A stretch of DNA of 35,151 nucleotides from Myxococcales bacterium (lineage in GTDB: Bacteria; Myxococcota_A; UBA9042). The stretch lies in contig JBBISH010000065.1 in assembly GCA_037441385.1 (NCBI GenBank), forward strand, positions 1-35,151, read 5' to 3'. Made by a program: the position numbers and the translations under genes. Shown here piece by piece: positions 1 to 12,000 of this stretch. Every line of letters starts with the position of its first letter. Within the stretch, counting starts at the first letter, position 1. The notes beneath the pieces were generated by a model. That model did no database searches, was not told where the DNA came from, and saw only the letters and a list, made by a program, of their open reading frames with translations.

Positions 1-2
1 CG

Positions 3-3000
3 GAAATTGCCCAGCTGCAGCTTGCCCTGATCCGCTTCGACCAGCACGTACAGCTTGCCGCGCGCCTGCACGTCCTGCACCTGGGTCGAGGCGTCGCCAT
101 AGACCGGGTAGAAGCGCGTGGGATCGATGAGGTTGGTGGCAAAGTCGGTGGTCGCCGGATCCTTGGCCGTGTCGACGTGCGCGGTGAAGCGCAGGTTGTC
201 CAAGCCCAGGTACTTGCCGGCGATGCGGCCCTTCAGGTAGACCGCGCCGCGGCCCATGATGTTGACGCTGTCGCCCGCCTGCCACACGCCGTCGCGCCAG
301 CCCTTGTCGCCGCCGCCGCGCTCCGTCTCGACCAGGTGCGCGCCCACATGGCTGACCGACGTGTCGGCGATGGCCAAGATGAACAGCGCCCGATCGCGGA
401 CCGTGAAGTTGCGCTGCAAGGTGGCCTTGTTGCCCGCCGGGTCCTTGCTCACCACCGTCAGCGTACTGCTGCCGACTGGCATGGGCGTCAACGCGTAGAA
501 GCGGCCATCGCGGCCTACCGGCACCGGGTTGCCCTGGATGGTGATGGTGTTGCCAGGCCGGGTGATGCCGCGCACCGGCAGCTCCAGCGCAGCCAGCTCC
601 TTGCCCGCGGGCGGCAGCCACACCTGCAACTCGGCCGCCGCCGGCAGCGCCGTCTCGGTCGACCCTTCGGCCAGACTGATCGGTTGCAGCGGCGCTCCCG
701 CCACGCTGGGTTGCCGCGGTTTGCCGCTTTCGGCCGCGCGCACGTCTTGCGCCAGGCTGTCCAGCAGTTCGCCGCCAAAGCTGGCCACGTCGCGGCTGGC
801 CTCTTGCGGCACGCCGGCCGTCGCCACGCCGCCCGGGGGCTTGGCGGGCTGACCAAAGCGGTGCAGCCAGATCGCGGCCGGGCCCTTGCCGCGCTCGTAG
901 ACCACGCGGTTGTTTTGCCCGGACTTGATGTTGAGCTCGCTGGGCAGCGCTCCGGCGCCCGCACGCACATCGTCGACCCACACACCTTGCGGCACGGCAA
1001 AGTCCTCGGTCGACGGATCGGACGAGCCGCTGTTGGCGCTGCGCCAACGCAATTCCACGCGGTGCGGCCCCATGGCCTCGCGGCTGGGCTTGGCATCGGG
1101 CACCAAGTTGCCCACGCCGACGACAAGAAGCCGCTCGCGGGCCACCCCGGCGCCCAGCAGCGCCTTTTCGACCACCTTGGCGGCGTTGGCGGTGCGCTGC
1201 ATGGCATCGGCGGCGCCGTCGTCGTGGACGCTGACCACCGCGATCTTGTCTTTCTCGGCCGAGAGCGAAACCGCCAGCTTGCCCAACCACTCCCAAGTCG
1301 ACTCGGTGGGCTGACCAGCGGCGTCGAACAAGGTGGCGCGCACGAACTTATCGGGTTCGCCCGCCGGCAGCAGTGCCGGCCCGCGATCCGCCAGCAGAAT
1401 GGTCTTTGGCACGGTTCGGTAGCCGGCCAGGTGGTCGCCTTCGGCCCACAACACTTCCAGCGCCATGCCATAGCGGCCGGGCTGCAAGTTTTGGGCGTTG
1501 GGCGCCCACAAGAAGCTAGACGGCACCGGCACTTGCAGCGTCTTGCGCGCCAGCACCTCGCCGTCCTTGTTCAAGAGCACCACGGCCGCGTCCTTGGCCT
1601 TGTCGGGCAGCTGGCGGGCACTGAGCATCAACTGACCCAGCACCTTGCCACCCGCCAGCGCCAACGGCTGCGACGGCACCAGCAACTCGGCGTTGCCCGA
1701 ACGTGGCACCAATTCCTGGCCAGCGACGCGCAGTCCCTTGGCTGTGGGCGCCACTAGGACGGGTCGGATCTCGGCGGCGGCCGCAGGGGCCGGAGCTGCA
1801 ACGGGGGGCGGATCCGAGGCCGGAACCGGAGCCCGAACCGGAACCTGTGCTGGTGCGGGAGCCGGAGCCGCAACCGGAGCCGGTGCTGGTGCGGGAGCCG
1901 CAACCGGAGCCGGTGCTGGTGCGGGAGCCGGAGCCGGAGCCGCCACCGGAGCCGGCGCAACGGGCGCACTGGCCTTGGGTGGTGGAGCGGCGCCCCAAAC
2001 CGGCTTGATGACGGCGTCTTTGCTGGCCTGGGCCGGCAAGGTCATGAATTCATCGCGGCCGCTGCCATCGGCGCCGCGGACGGCGACCAGCAGGCGTCCG
2101 TCGTCGGGGCGCAGGACGCGCGCCAGACCGCGAACTCCGGCCAGCTCCAGCGGATGGCCGTTGATCAGCCAGCCCGCCCGGCGTTGTGTGCTGTGCCAGG
2201 TGCCCACGGTGGGGGCGCCGCTAGCCTTGACTTCGAACGGCAACGGCGCCGACCACGCCCGGCTGCCAAAGCTGGTCTCGGCGCGCAAAATCACGGCATA
2301 GCGGCGTCCCGGCTCCAATTTGGCCAGCACCTGGCCGCCGCTGCTCAACTTGAACGTGACTTGCCGCGTGACATCACCGGTGCTGACCGACTCGTACATC
2401 AACTTGCCGCGGCGGCCGGTGTCGCCCACTGCACGGATCTCCAGAGTGTGCCGCGAGAATCCGCCGGACGAGTTGGTCCACACGCTCAGCTCGCCGTTCT
2501 GCGGGAGCACGACGGCGGTGGGATCGCTGGGCAGGTCGCGCGGCCGCTCGCCGGTCGTGACCATGGCCGCCTGCACGCGCCGCGCCTGCAGTTTCTTGCC
2601 GTCCACCGCCACGTCCAGCGTCGCCGAGTCCGCCTCGACGAGCACTACGCCCGGACCGGGCGTCACCGGGGTGACGTCGGCCCCCGGCACCACTTCCAAC
2701 TGCCCAGGCCCCACGGGCTCCAGGGCGCAGCGCACCGCAAAAGTCAGGCCTTGGGTCAGGCCCGGCGTCAGCAGCAGCGCCTGCTTGCCGTCTTCGACAA
2801 AGGTCGAGCCGGGCGGCAGCGTGTCGGGATCGACCTTGAACAGGTGCGTCCCGGCCGGCAGATTGACGAAGTGCGCGCGACCAAAGGCGTCCGCCGCGGC
2901 GTACTCGCCCGTGTCCACATAGATCCGCGCGCCGGGCAGGCCGTCCTCGCCCTCTTGCTGCACGCCGTCGCCGTTGCCGTCGCAGAAGATCTTGGTCAGG

Positions 3001-6000
3001 ACGCCGGCGCGATCAAACAGCGGATCCGCCTGCACCTGCAGCGCTGCCGTGGCGCGGTCCGACAAGGCGCCGCCGCCCGTGTCATACAACTGCGCAATCG
3101 TGCTCAGGTTCGCCCCAACCGCCGCCGAGGCCCCCACCGCCGCCAAGACCTTGAAGGTCAGCTCGCCCCCAGCCGGCAGTTCCAAACCCAGCGGCTGCCC
3201 GCCCGGCCCGGCCGCCCGCTTGATCGTCAGCAAAGTCCCCGAGATCGGCGCCAACGGCACGTCCACGGTCGGGCCGCTCGGCCGCACCAGCGTCATGCGC
3301 GCCGTGCCCGGCACCAGCGCCATCCCCGGCGGCAGCACTTGGCGCAGCTCGGCGCCGCCCTGGCCGGTCAACAGGTCCGGCGCCAGCGCCGTGGTCGAGC
3401 CGTTGACCACCTTGACGGTGATCCCCACCATCTCGCCCACTTGTGCAGACGTCTTGCTCAGTTGCAGCGACACGTGCACCAGCGACGCGATCTTGTCGAC
3501 CGGGATGTGGTTGTGGCGCGGCAGCGGCGGCGCGTTGTCGCCTTGGCGAGTAAACCGCTGCAAGTACTTGGGCAGGCTGGGGGTCAGCTTGGGCAGCGCC
3601 GCCTCGACCACAAAGCCGCCACTGTCCAGCATCACCAGGTTTGCTTCCGGAGCTTTGGCGGTCGACGGGAACGAGCGACCGATCGACGCCGCCGCCACGT
3701 CGATGCGATACGCGCGCCCAGGCGCCGCGGCAAAGATGTAAGCACCCGTCGCGTCGGTCTTTTGGCCCTGCTGGCCGGCCGGCAGCTCGTCTTGGGGCAC
3801 CGTCTGCCCTGGCGCAAGCGGATCGGCCGCGTCGTAGCTCAAGAACACCTTGGCACCCGCCACCAGCTCGCCGGTGCGCGGATCGTACAGACGTCCGGTC
3901 GGTTTGATGGGCAGATCCAGCGTACCGCCCGCGGCCCCCGGAGCGGTCCACTCCGTCTCATAGAAGACCACGCCGTTGGCGTTCAGCACGCGGAGCTTGC
4001 GTTTGCCTTCGGGCACTTGCATCAGCTTGTAGGCGCCCTTTTCGTCCGCCAGGGCGCTGGCCACGGCGCCGTCGCCGCTCAGCGGCAGCAACTGCACTTG
4101 GAAGCCCGGCAGCGGCAGATCCAGATTGCTTTGGAACACGCCATCTTGCGCGCCCACGTCCTCAAAGACGCTGCCGCGCACCATGCCTTCGCCCACGATT
4201 GCGCCCACGGTGACGCATGCGGCCTTGCTCGACCAGCCTGTGCTGCCCGGCAGGGTCGCATCGGCGACATTGCACAACACGGTCCCTTCGCTGACCTTTT
4301 CGCCCACCCGCGCCCGCACGGCCACGGTCGCGCTCTCGCCACCCAGGATGTTCAGCCCATTCACCGCCAGGACGACCGGCTTGGTCGCCTGTGTGCCGGC
4401 CCAACTGACTTGCGCCCCCTCGGGAACCAGCAGGTCGCCCGCGCCGGTGCCGGTGTCGGCGGTCGGCTGCAGACCCACGGGCAGCGGGTCGCGCAGCAGC
4501 AAGTTCTCCAGCGGCTTGGCGCCCAAATTCTTGATCTGAATCGTGTAGCGCAGCACGTCGCCGATCTGCACTTGGCCGCCGTTTTCGTCTTGAACGCTCT
4601 TGCTGACTTGTGCGACCTGGGCCTGGGCGCCCACCGCCACCACCGTGGGCTGGTTGCCGTTGCCGTCGTTGCCGTCGCTGTCGGTCAGCTCGGGGCTCAC
4701 GCCCTTGGCCTGCACAGTCGCTTGGTTTTGCGCCAGCGGACCGGCCAGAATGCGCGCCCGCAGCACCAGCACCCGGCTCTGGCCCGGTGCGATGTCGCCC
4801 AGCTTGGCGTGGACGGTGCGCGTGCCCACCTCGAACCAGCCAGCGTCCGCGTCTTGGGCCTCGGTCAGGGCCACGCCGTCCAACTGCAGGCTGGCACCGA
4901 CAAATTGCAGGTTCTGCGGCAATGGATCGTCGAGCGTGGCCGCGCTGGCCGTCGTGCCGCCGGTGTTTTGCACCGTGATCACATAGCGCAGCTCTTCGCC
5001 CACATCGGCGACGCCATTGCCGTTGCTGTCCTGGATTTCGGCCAGCTTGCTGGCCGTCTTGAGCGAGGCGCCCTTGCCCACGGTCAGCGCCGCCGGCCCC
5101 ACCGGCGTGGGCGGCACGCCCGTAGCCGTGGCGGTAGCCAAGTTGGTGATCAGCGTGCCATCGGCGACGTCGGGCCGCACGCGGGTCTGGAAGGTCAGGA
5201 TCGCCGCGTTCTCGATGCCGGCTTGCAGGGCACCTGCAGCCATTCCAGGGCCTTGGACGGTCTGGCCGGCCACGAGCGGCAGCGTGCCCCCGGCGCCGTC
5301 GGCCAGGGGCTGGCCATTGAGGCGCGTCGAACCCGGCACGTAGTCGGTACCCGCCGGCACACCATCAAACACCTTGACACCGCTCAGGTTGGTGTTGGCC
5401 GTCGCCACCAACGCCAGCTTCCAGGTCACGGTGTCGCCGGGCAGCAGCGCACCACCGTTGTCGTCGGTTGCCAGCTTTTGCGAAGCTTCCAGGGCACTTT
5501 GCACGCGCACCACCACGAGCGTGGGGTCAGCGTTGCCACTCGGGCCAGGATCGTCCGACAGCAGCGGCTTGGCGAGCGATTTGGCGGTCGCCTCGGCCTG
5601 GTTCGGGATGGTCAGGTTGTCGGCCACCGCGGCCTTGATCCGCACATCAAAGTGCAGAGCCACCGGCTTGCCGGGCAGCACGACCGCCAGGCCGGGCGTC
5701 GAGCTCGGATTCCAGGTCACTGTGCCGCCGGCAAACGTGCCACCACTGTCGGCCGAGACAAATTCCAGATTGTTGTCCAGCGGATCGCTGACCACCACGC
5801 CTTGCGCCGCGGCCGTGCCGTCCACCGACACGAGCAGTTCGTAGCGCAACACATCCAGCGGATTGGCCTTGCCGCCGTTCAGGTCCTTGACCGTCTTCTG
5901 CACCTTCAGCAGCGGGTGCGACGCAATCGGCACGCTCTGCGGCACGGCGCCGTAGGCCAGACCAGTCTCGCCTTCGCGGGCCAGGGCCGTGAACTCGGCC

Positions 6001-9000
6001 TTCTTGCCGTCTTCGGCCGTCGCTTTGACTTTGAGCCCCGCCAGCAGCACCACCGGCTTGCCCACCGCAATGTTCGCCAGCGCCGCAGAATCACTTGCTT
6101 TCCAGGTCAAGGTCTGGGTCTTGGCGTCGTAGCTCGCGCCCTGCAGCGCCGTCACGTCGAACACGCTGGCGTCCAAAGTGGCTTGCACCTGCACGCCGGA
6201 AGCGGGCTGATTCTGAGCCGTTACCTGCACTTGCAGCGTCACGGTGTCGCCGGGCTGGAGCGGCAGCTTGGCCGGCGCTTCGGGCAACAGCCCCAGTTGC
6301 ACATCCAGGGTGGGGTAGCTCACCGGCACCTGCAGGGTGTTCGAGCTCACCTCGGCCACGCCGTCGGCCTTGACGATCGCTTGATTGACGATCGTCGAGC
6401 CGCTGGCAACTCCGCCTGCGATCTTGGCTCTTACCGCAACGGCCACACTTTGGCCGGCCTGCAGGCTGGGCACGGCCCACACGACCTGCTGGCCGCTCAC
6501 GGCGCCTTGGCTCTCGGCCTGGATGCCGGTCAAACTGACCGCCAAAGTATCGGCAATCACAAGGTTGTTGGCGGTCGCGTTGCCCAGGTTGGCCGCAGTC
6601 AGCACAAACCGCACGGTGTCGCCCGGGAACAGGTGCTTGCCCGTCAAGTCTTCGTAGGTCTTGGTCAGTTTCAGAATCGGCCGCAGCGTAACGGTGGCCG
6701 TCGGCCCGCTGATCGGCGTCGGCGTTGCCAAGGCCGTGGCGGCCACGCTGCCAGAAAACGCAAGGACTTCTCCATCCTTGGCGCCGGCCGCAACCACCAC
6801 TTTGTAGATCAGCTTGGTCTGGCCACCCGCGGCCAGCGCCGGCAGCGACCACACCAGGTTCTGCCCCTGCTGCACGCCGCCGGGCGTCAGCATCTGGACC
6901 TGCCCGACCTTGTTCGGCAACGCCAGCGTCACTACCAAGCCGTCGGCCAGCGCCTTGCCCGAGTTCTTCAGCGTGGTCTCTAGCCGCAGCGTATGGCCGG
7001 GCGCCGTCTGGCCCACTTTGGCGACCCAGCCGCTTTCGTCTTCGATGGCCATCGTCGAGGTGTCGAACTTGGGCTTGGCCTGCACCACCAGCTTGGCTTG
7101 CGGCGGGTTGGCGACGCCGGGCAGCGTACCCAAAACCGTTACAATCTGGCCATCTTGCAGGCCAGCCGCCAAGGTCGCCTGCAGCGTCACGGCCACGTCG
7201 CCGGTCGGCGACAGGCCCACGGTCGGCACCGTCCAGTTCACCGCGTCGGTACCCAGCTTGCCGCCATCGTACGACTTGACGTCGCTGAACGTGCCCGCCT
7301 GCAGCAGCGCCTGCACCGGCACCAGTTGGCCCAGGCCGTCGCCGGTGTTGCGCACCGTCAGCCGCAGCACGACCGCGTCGCCGGGCTCGAAGGCGCCGCC
7401 GTTGATGTCCTGCACGGCCCAGCTCGACGTGGCGTAGTCGGGCGCGGCTTTGACCGTAATCTTGGTCACTTCGCGCACTGGGGTGCTCAGGTCCGCGTCC
7501 GTCAGCATCGGCACTTTGAAGCCGGCCGCGGCCAGCTGCCCTTGCATCGCCACCACCGAGCCGTCGGCCAACGGCTTCTTGAGCACTGACTTCAGGGTCA
7601 GGACAAAGCTGCCGCCGGGCGCCAGGGTACCCAGCTTCCAGATCGCCATGCCGGGCGTGACTTGGCCGTTGTTGTCGGCCACCAGCTGCTCCAGCTTGGG
7701 ATCCAGGGGCAGCGTGACGGTCACATCCTTGCCGCTGCCATCGCCGTCGTTCTGCAGCTTGAGCGTCCAGGTCAGGCTGTCGCCAGGGCGAGCGTCGCCG
7801 CCGTTGTCGTCCACCACCGTCAGGGTCGCCTTGCTAAAGTCGACGTTCGACTGCACTTGCACTTGCGTGGCGTCTTCTTTGGCGGCCGACAGTGGGTCGT
7901 CCGACTTTTGCGGCGCCGGCAGGCCGCTGTAGACCAACTGCGCTTGATTGGCGATGACCAGCGCGTTTTCAGCGCCCGCGAGCACGGTTGCGTCAAAGCG
8001 GAACACCAACTCGTCGGTCGCCGCCACGCCCAGCGACGCCACCACCGGCCAGGTGATGGTGTTCAAGGTCGCGTCGAACTTGCCGCCGTCCAAGGGCACG
8101 ATGTCCGTCAGGCCTTGCGGCAGCGGGTCGCTGACCACGACCGATTCGGCGTTCGCGTTGCCCGCGTTCTTGACGCGCACCACCCAGCGCAGCACCTGCT
8201 TGGGTTTGACGGTGCCGCCGTTGAGTTGGGCATTGGTCTTTTGGTCGAACACGTCTTTGGTGAAAGTGAGCTTGACCTGACTGTCCACCGCAAAGCAGGT
8301 GGCCGTGCCGCCCGGTTTCGGCGTGGTGCCGGGTGGGTTGGTCTGCACCGGGGTCGTGTTCTCGGTCGCGGTAATCGTAGCCTGATTGCAGACTTGGCCG
8401 CCCTTGGTCAGCGGCTTCTTCAGCTTGGCCTGCACGGTCAGGACTTTTTGCGCGCCGGCCGCCAGGCTGCTCAGCGTCCACTTGGCGACGCCGCTGGCGT
8501 CGACCACGCCGCCGTCCGACAGCTGGATCTGCTCGACTTCTTTGGGCAAAGCGTCCGTGACTACCACACCGGTGCCGGCCTGGTTGCCCGAGTTGACGAT
8601 CGTCAAGGTCCAGGTCACCGGGTCGCCGGCCTGCACGGTCGCGGCCGACACCGCCTTGGTCGACGCGCCAAAGTCGGGCAGGTTCACCACCTGGAAGCTG
8701 ACGGTGTTGGTCTTGCCGTTCTTGGGAGCCTCGATAAAGGCCAACTCGGCAAAATTGCTAACATTGGTGCCGCTTGCAGTGGCCTTGTCAACCACAGCGG
8801 TCAGCGCCACTTCGGTGGGCTTGCCGGGCTCCAGGCTGGCGATGCTCCACTTGGCTACGCGGCTGGCAGCGTCAAAACTACCCCCAGTCACCACCACTTG
8901 CGTGAGCTGAGTCGCCAGGGTGTCGCTGACGGTGATGCCGGTAGCCGGCGCGTTGCCCGTGTTGACCAGCGAAATCTTGTACTGGATCTGGTCGCCGCCC

Positions 9001-12000
9001 TGCACTTGGCCGCCGTTCAGATCCACAAAGCTCTTGACCGACGTCACCAGGTTCGGCGCGGAATTCACTTTGAAGCTGGTGGGATCGGTCTTGCCGGGCA
9101 GCGCCGGGTCGTCGGACAGCGCCGGCGCACCCAAGCCGTCGCCGGTCAAGCTCGCCTGGGCCGATACCACCTGATTCTGGGCGATGACCGCCGCCAGCTT
9201 GCCACTGAACGTCAGCGTGACTAAGGCGCCGCCCTTCTGCAAGGTGCCAACATCCCAGGTAATCTTCTGACCAGAGACCGTCCCGCCCGCGGTGGCCTGC
9301 AGACCGGTCAACACGGGATCCACGTCGATGCTGACCTTGCCCGATTGCACCGCGCCGCTGCCAGTGTTCTGCAATTTCAACGCGTAAGTGACCGTGTCGC
9401 CTGGGCTGAAGGTCGCGCCGCCGCTCGATGTGGCCACCAGGCTCCAAGTGCTGATGTTCGGCTGCGCCTGCACCTTGATCGTGGCCGAGACGGGCACCGG
9501 CTTGGGCAGCTCGCCGCCCGACGCTGTGGCGTTGTTGCCGATGGTCGTGCCGGTGGGTACCAGCGGGCCGACCTTGGCCTGGAATTGCAGCACCGTTTGC
9601 CCGCCCGCGGCGATCGACGGCACCTTCCACGTGATCTGCTTGGCGGCCGCGTCAAAGGCCCCCGCGCCGGTAATGGCGCTCACGTCCTGCAAATTCGGGT
9701 CGATCGGATCGACCACACCAAAATCGCCGCTGGGCAGCTTGCCACTGTTCTTGAACGTTAGCGTGTACTGCAGCGTGTCGCCGGGTTCGAGATCGCCGCC
9801 ATTGACGTCGACCACGGTCTTTTGCGACGTGCTCAGGTCGGGGCCGCCCACCACCGTCTGCATGGGCGTCTGCACCACCACCGCGGGGCTGTCGCTGGGG
9901 CTCAGGGTCGCCACGTTGGCAAACGTCGAGCCAGCCTGCGTGTCGGCCTTGACGAGCGCGATGAAGCTGAGGGTCTGGGTGGCGCCGGGCTTGATGACCA
10001 CGTCCTTGGCCTGCACCGTGCTGCCGACCAGGGCGAGTTCGGGCGATTGACTCGAAACAAAGCTAAGTTGCGACGGGATCGGGTCGGTGATCGTCACCAG
10101 GCCCACCACCGGACCCGAGTTCACCAAAGTGATGTCGAAGCGGACCTGGTCGCCGGCTTCCAGCGGCGTGTTCGGGCTAAGGTCGGTGACGGTCTTGCTG
10201 GAATTAACAAAGCTGGACGCGGCGTTGAGCGTCAGTTTGGTGGGCTCGCCGGTGCCGCTGGTCGCGGGGTCGTCGGTGAGGAAGGTCTTGCCCGCCACCC
10301 CCACGCTGATTTGGGTCGAGACGACGTGGCCATTGATCGGCGAAACCCCGGCAGCCGCAAGGGCTTGTGCGGACAACACTGTGGCTGTCCAGGTGCAGAC
10401 GGCCGTCTTGCCTGGGTCAAGCCCAAGGTTGGTGCCGGCGATTTGGCCGGTCTTGTTGGCGCCGCCGCCTGGGCTCACGACCCAGGTGTTGCCCGGCAGG
10501 CCCTGCTGGTACGAACAGTTGACCGCGCCGAGCTGCACTTCTTTGGGCGCATCCCAGGTGAAGTTGACCAAGTCGAGCGCCGACGAGGTGTTTTGCACGG
10601 TGAAGGTGTAGGTGACCGTGTCGCCCGGCTTGGCGTTGGTGGGCGCGACCGACAGCTTGGGCTCTGCGATCGCCGCCGCGACGATGGTCACGGTGACGCT
10701 ATTGGTCGCGTAACTGTCGTTGTAAACAGTGGTCGATCCCTTGGTGCCCACATAGGTGAAGGCCAAGTTGCCCGTGCTGGTCGAGGTCGTGGTCCCTGGG
10801 TTGGCGGCCACTTGCAGCTTGAAGGCGATCTTGCGCACCGAGTTGCTGCCGGTCCAGGTGATGGTGCCCAGCTTGAGGCCGGCGGCGAGCGGGCTGGTGC
10901 CAGGGGCCGGATCGGCCACAGAAACGCCGTCGACTACCAGCGAATTGGCGACCCACTGCATGCCCGCGGGCGGAAATTGGTCCAGCTTGAGGACATTGTT
11001 GTCGGCATCGAGCTGCCCGTTGTTCTGCAGATCGATCTGATAGGTGAGAACTTCGCCCGCCGAGGCGGCAACGGCTTCCTTGGAGTTGACGGTGTAGTGG
11101 CTGACGATGTTCTTGTAATTGGGCGCCTTGCGGTTGATCTGCAGGATCGTGTAGGCGTAGAAGAACAGTTCGCCGTCGCCGCCCAAGTTCGAACCGTTTG
11201 GGTACACATAGGTGTTGTCGGCCAGGCTGCCGTTGCCCGAACTGACCAGGAAATACGCCTGCGTATCGCCCGCTTTGACGCGATCCGATACGTCAAACGT
11301 GTCCAGGTCGATGCCGGCCTGGGGCGTGGAGTTCATGATGTTGTGCGGCTCGTTGTTGCCCGCGCCGCCGATGAGGTCCTGCATGTTCTTGGGATCGTTG
11401 CCAAACTGCACAAAGTCCCAGCAGTTGGTACAGCCGGCCGAGTACCCGGTATCGGTGTCCTGCTCAGGATTGCCCAGGTGCTGGTCGCCTTCCAACGCGT
11501 AGTACGACAGCTTGGCCTCTGGCGGGTCCGCGACCAAGAAGCCGCTGATCGGGAAGCTGATTTGACCAAGCGTGGTCTGTTGCTCGTCCAGGAGCACAAA
11601 GCCGTCGTACAGCAAGACGTCGCGCTTCATGAATTCGCTGGTCGACTCGTACACCACCACCAGCGACCAACTGGCATGGCGGGCCTGGCAGTATTCGTCG
11701 GCGTCGGGACCGGCGGTCTGGCAGCAGTAGGGGGGGTAGAAGGGTGGCGCCGGCGGCGGAGGATTCCACAGCGCCGGGCATTTTTCCGCGTCGGTACCCT
11801 GCCTTAGGGCGCCCGCTTTGGCCGCGACATCACCGACGGTGTAGGTGCCGTTGTAGTTGCCGGCGCTTTTCGGGTGGGCGGCCACCAGCTTGGTCACGTC
11901 AGCGCGACACAAAAAGTGAGTACCCGAGCCGCCTTGGCCACCCGGCACGCCCGGATCCGTCAGGGCGCGGCACAGGTCGGCGGTGACGGTGTGGACGCTG

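Noticed and set aside
1820..1960. Repeats here and at 14578-14654 considered as CRISPR or mobile-element ends
   Set aside because: No unique spacers, units are in-frame coding multiples of 3, and no cas or transposase genes are present
1516..2301. Short ORFs with striking low-complexity products ([32 protein letters not shown])
   Set aside because: Alternative-frame translations of the Ala/Pro linker repeat
2154..6983. 1609-aa plus-strand ORF (and 177..1757, 6993..7589, 7662..9224, 9822..11807, 11874..12509)
   Set aside because: Codon-aligned antisense shadows of the giant minus-strand gene. Arg/His/Gln-rich, with no recognisable motifs.
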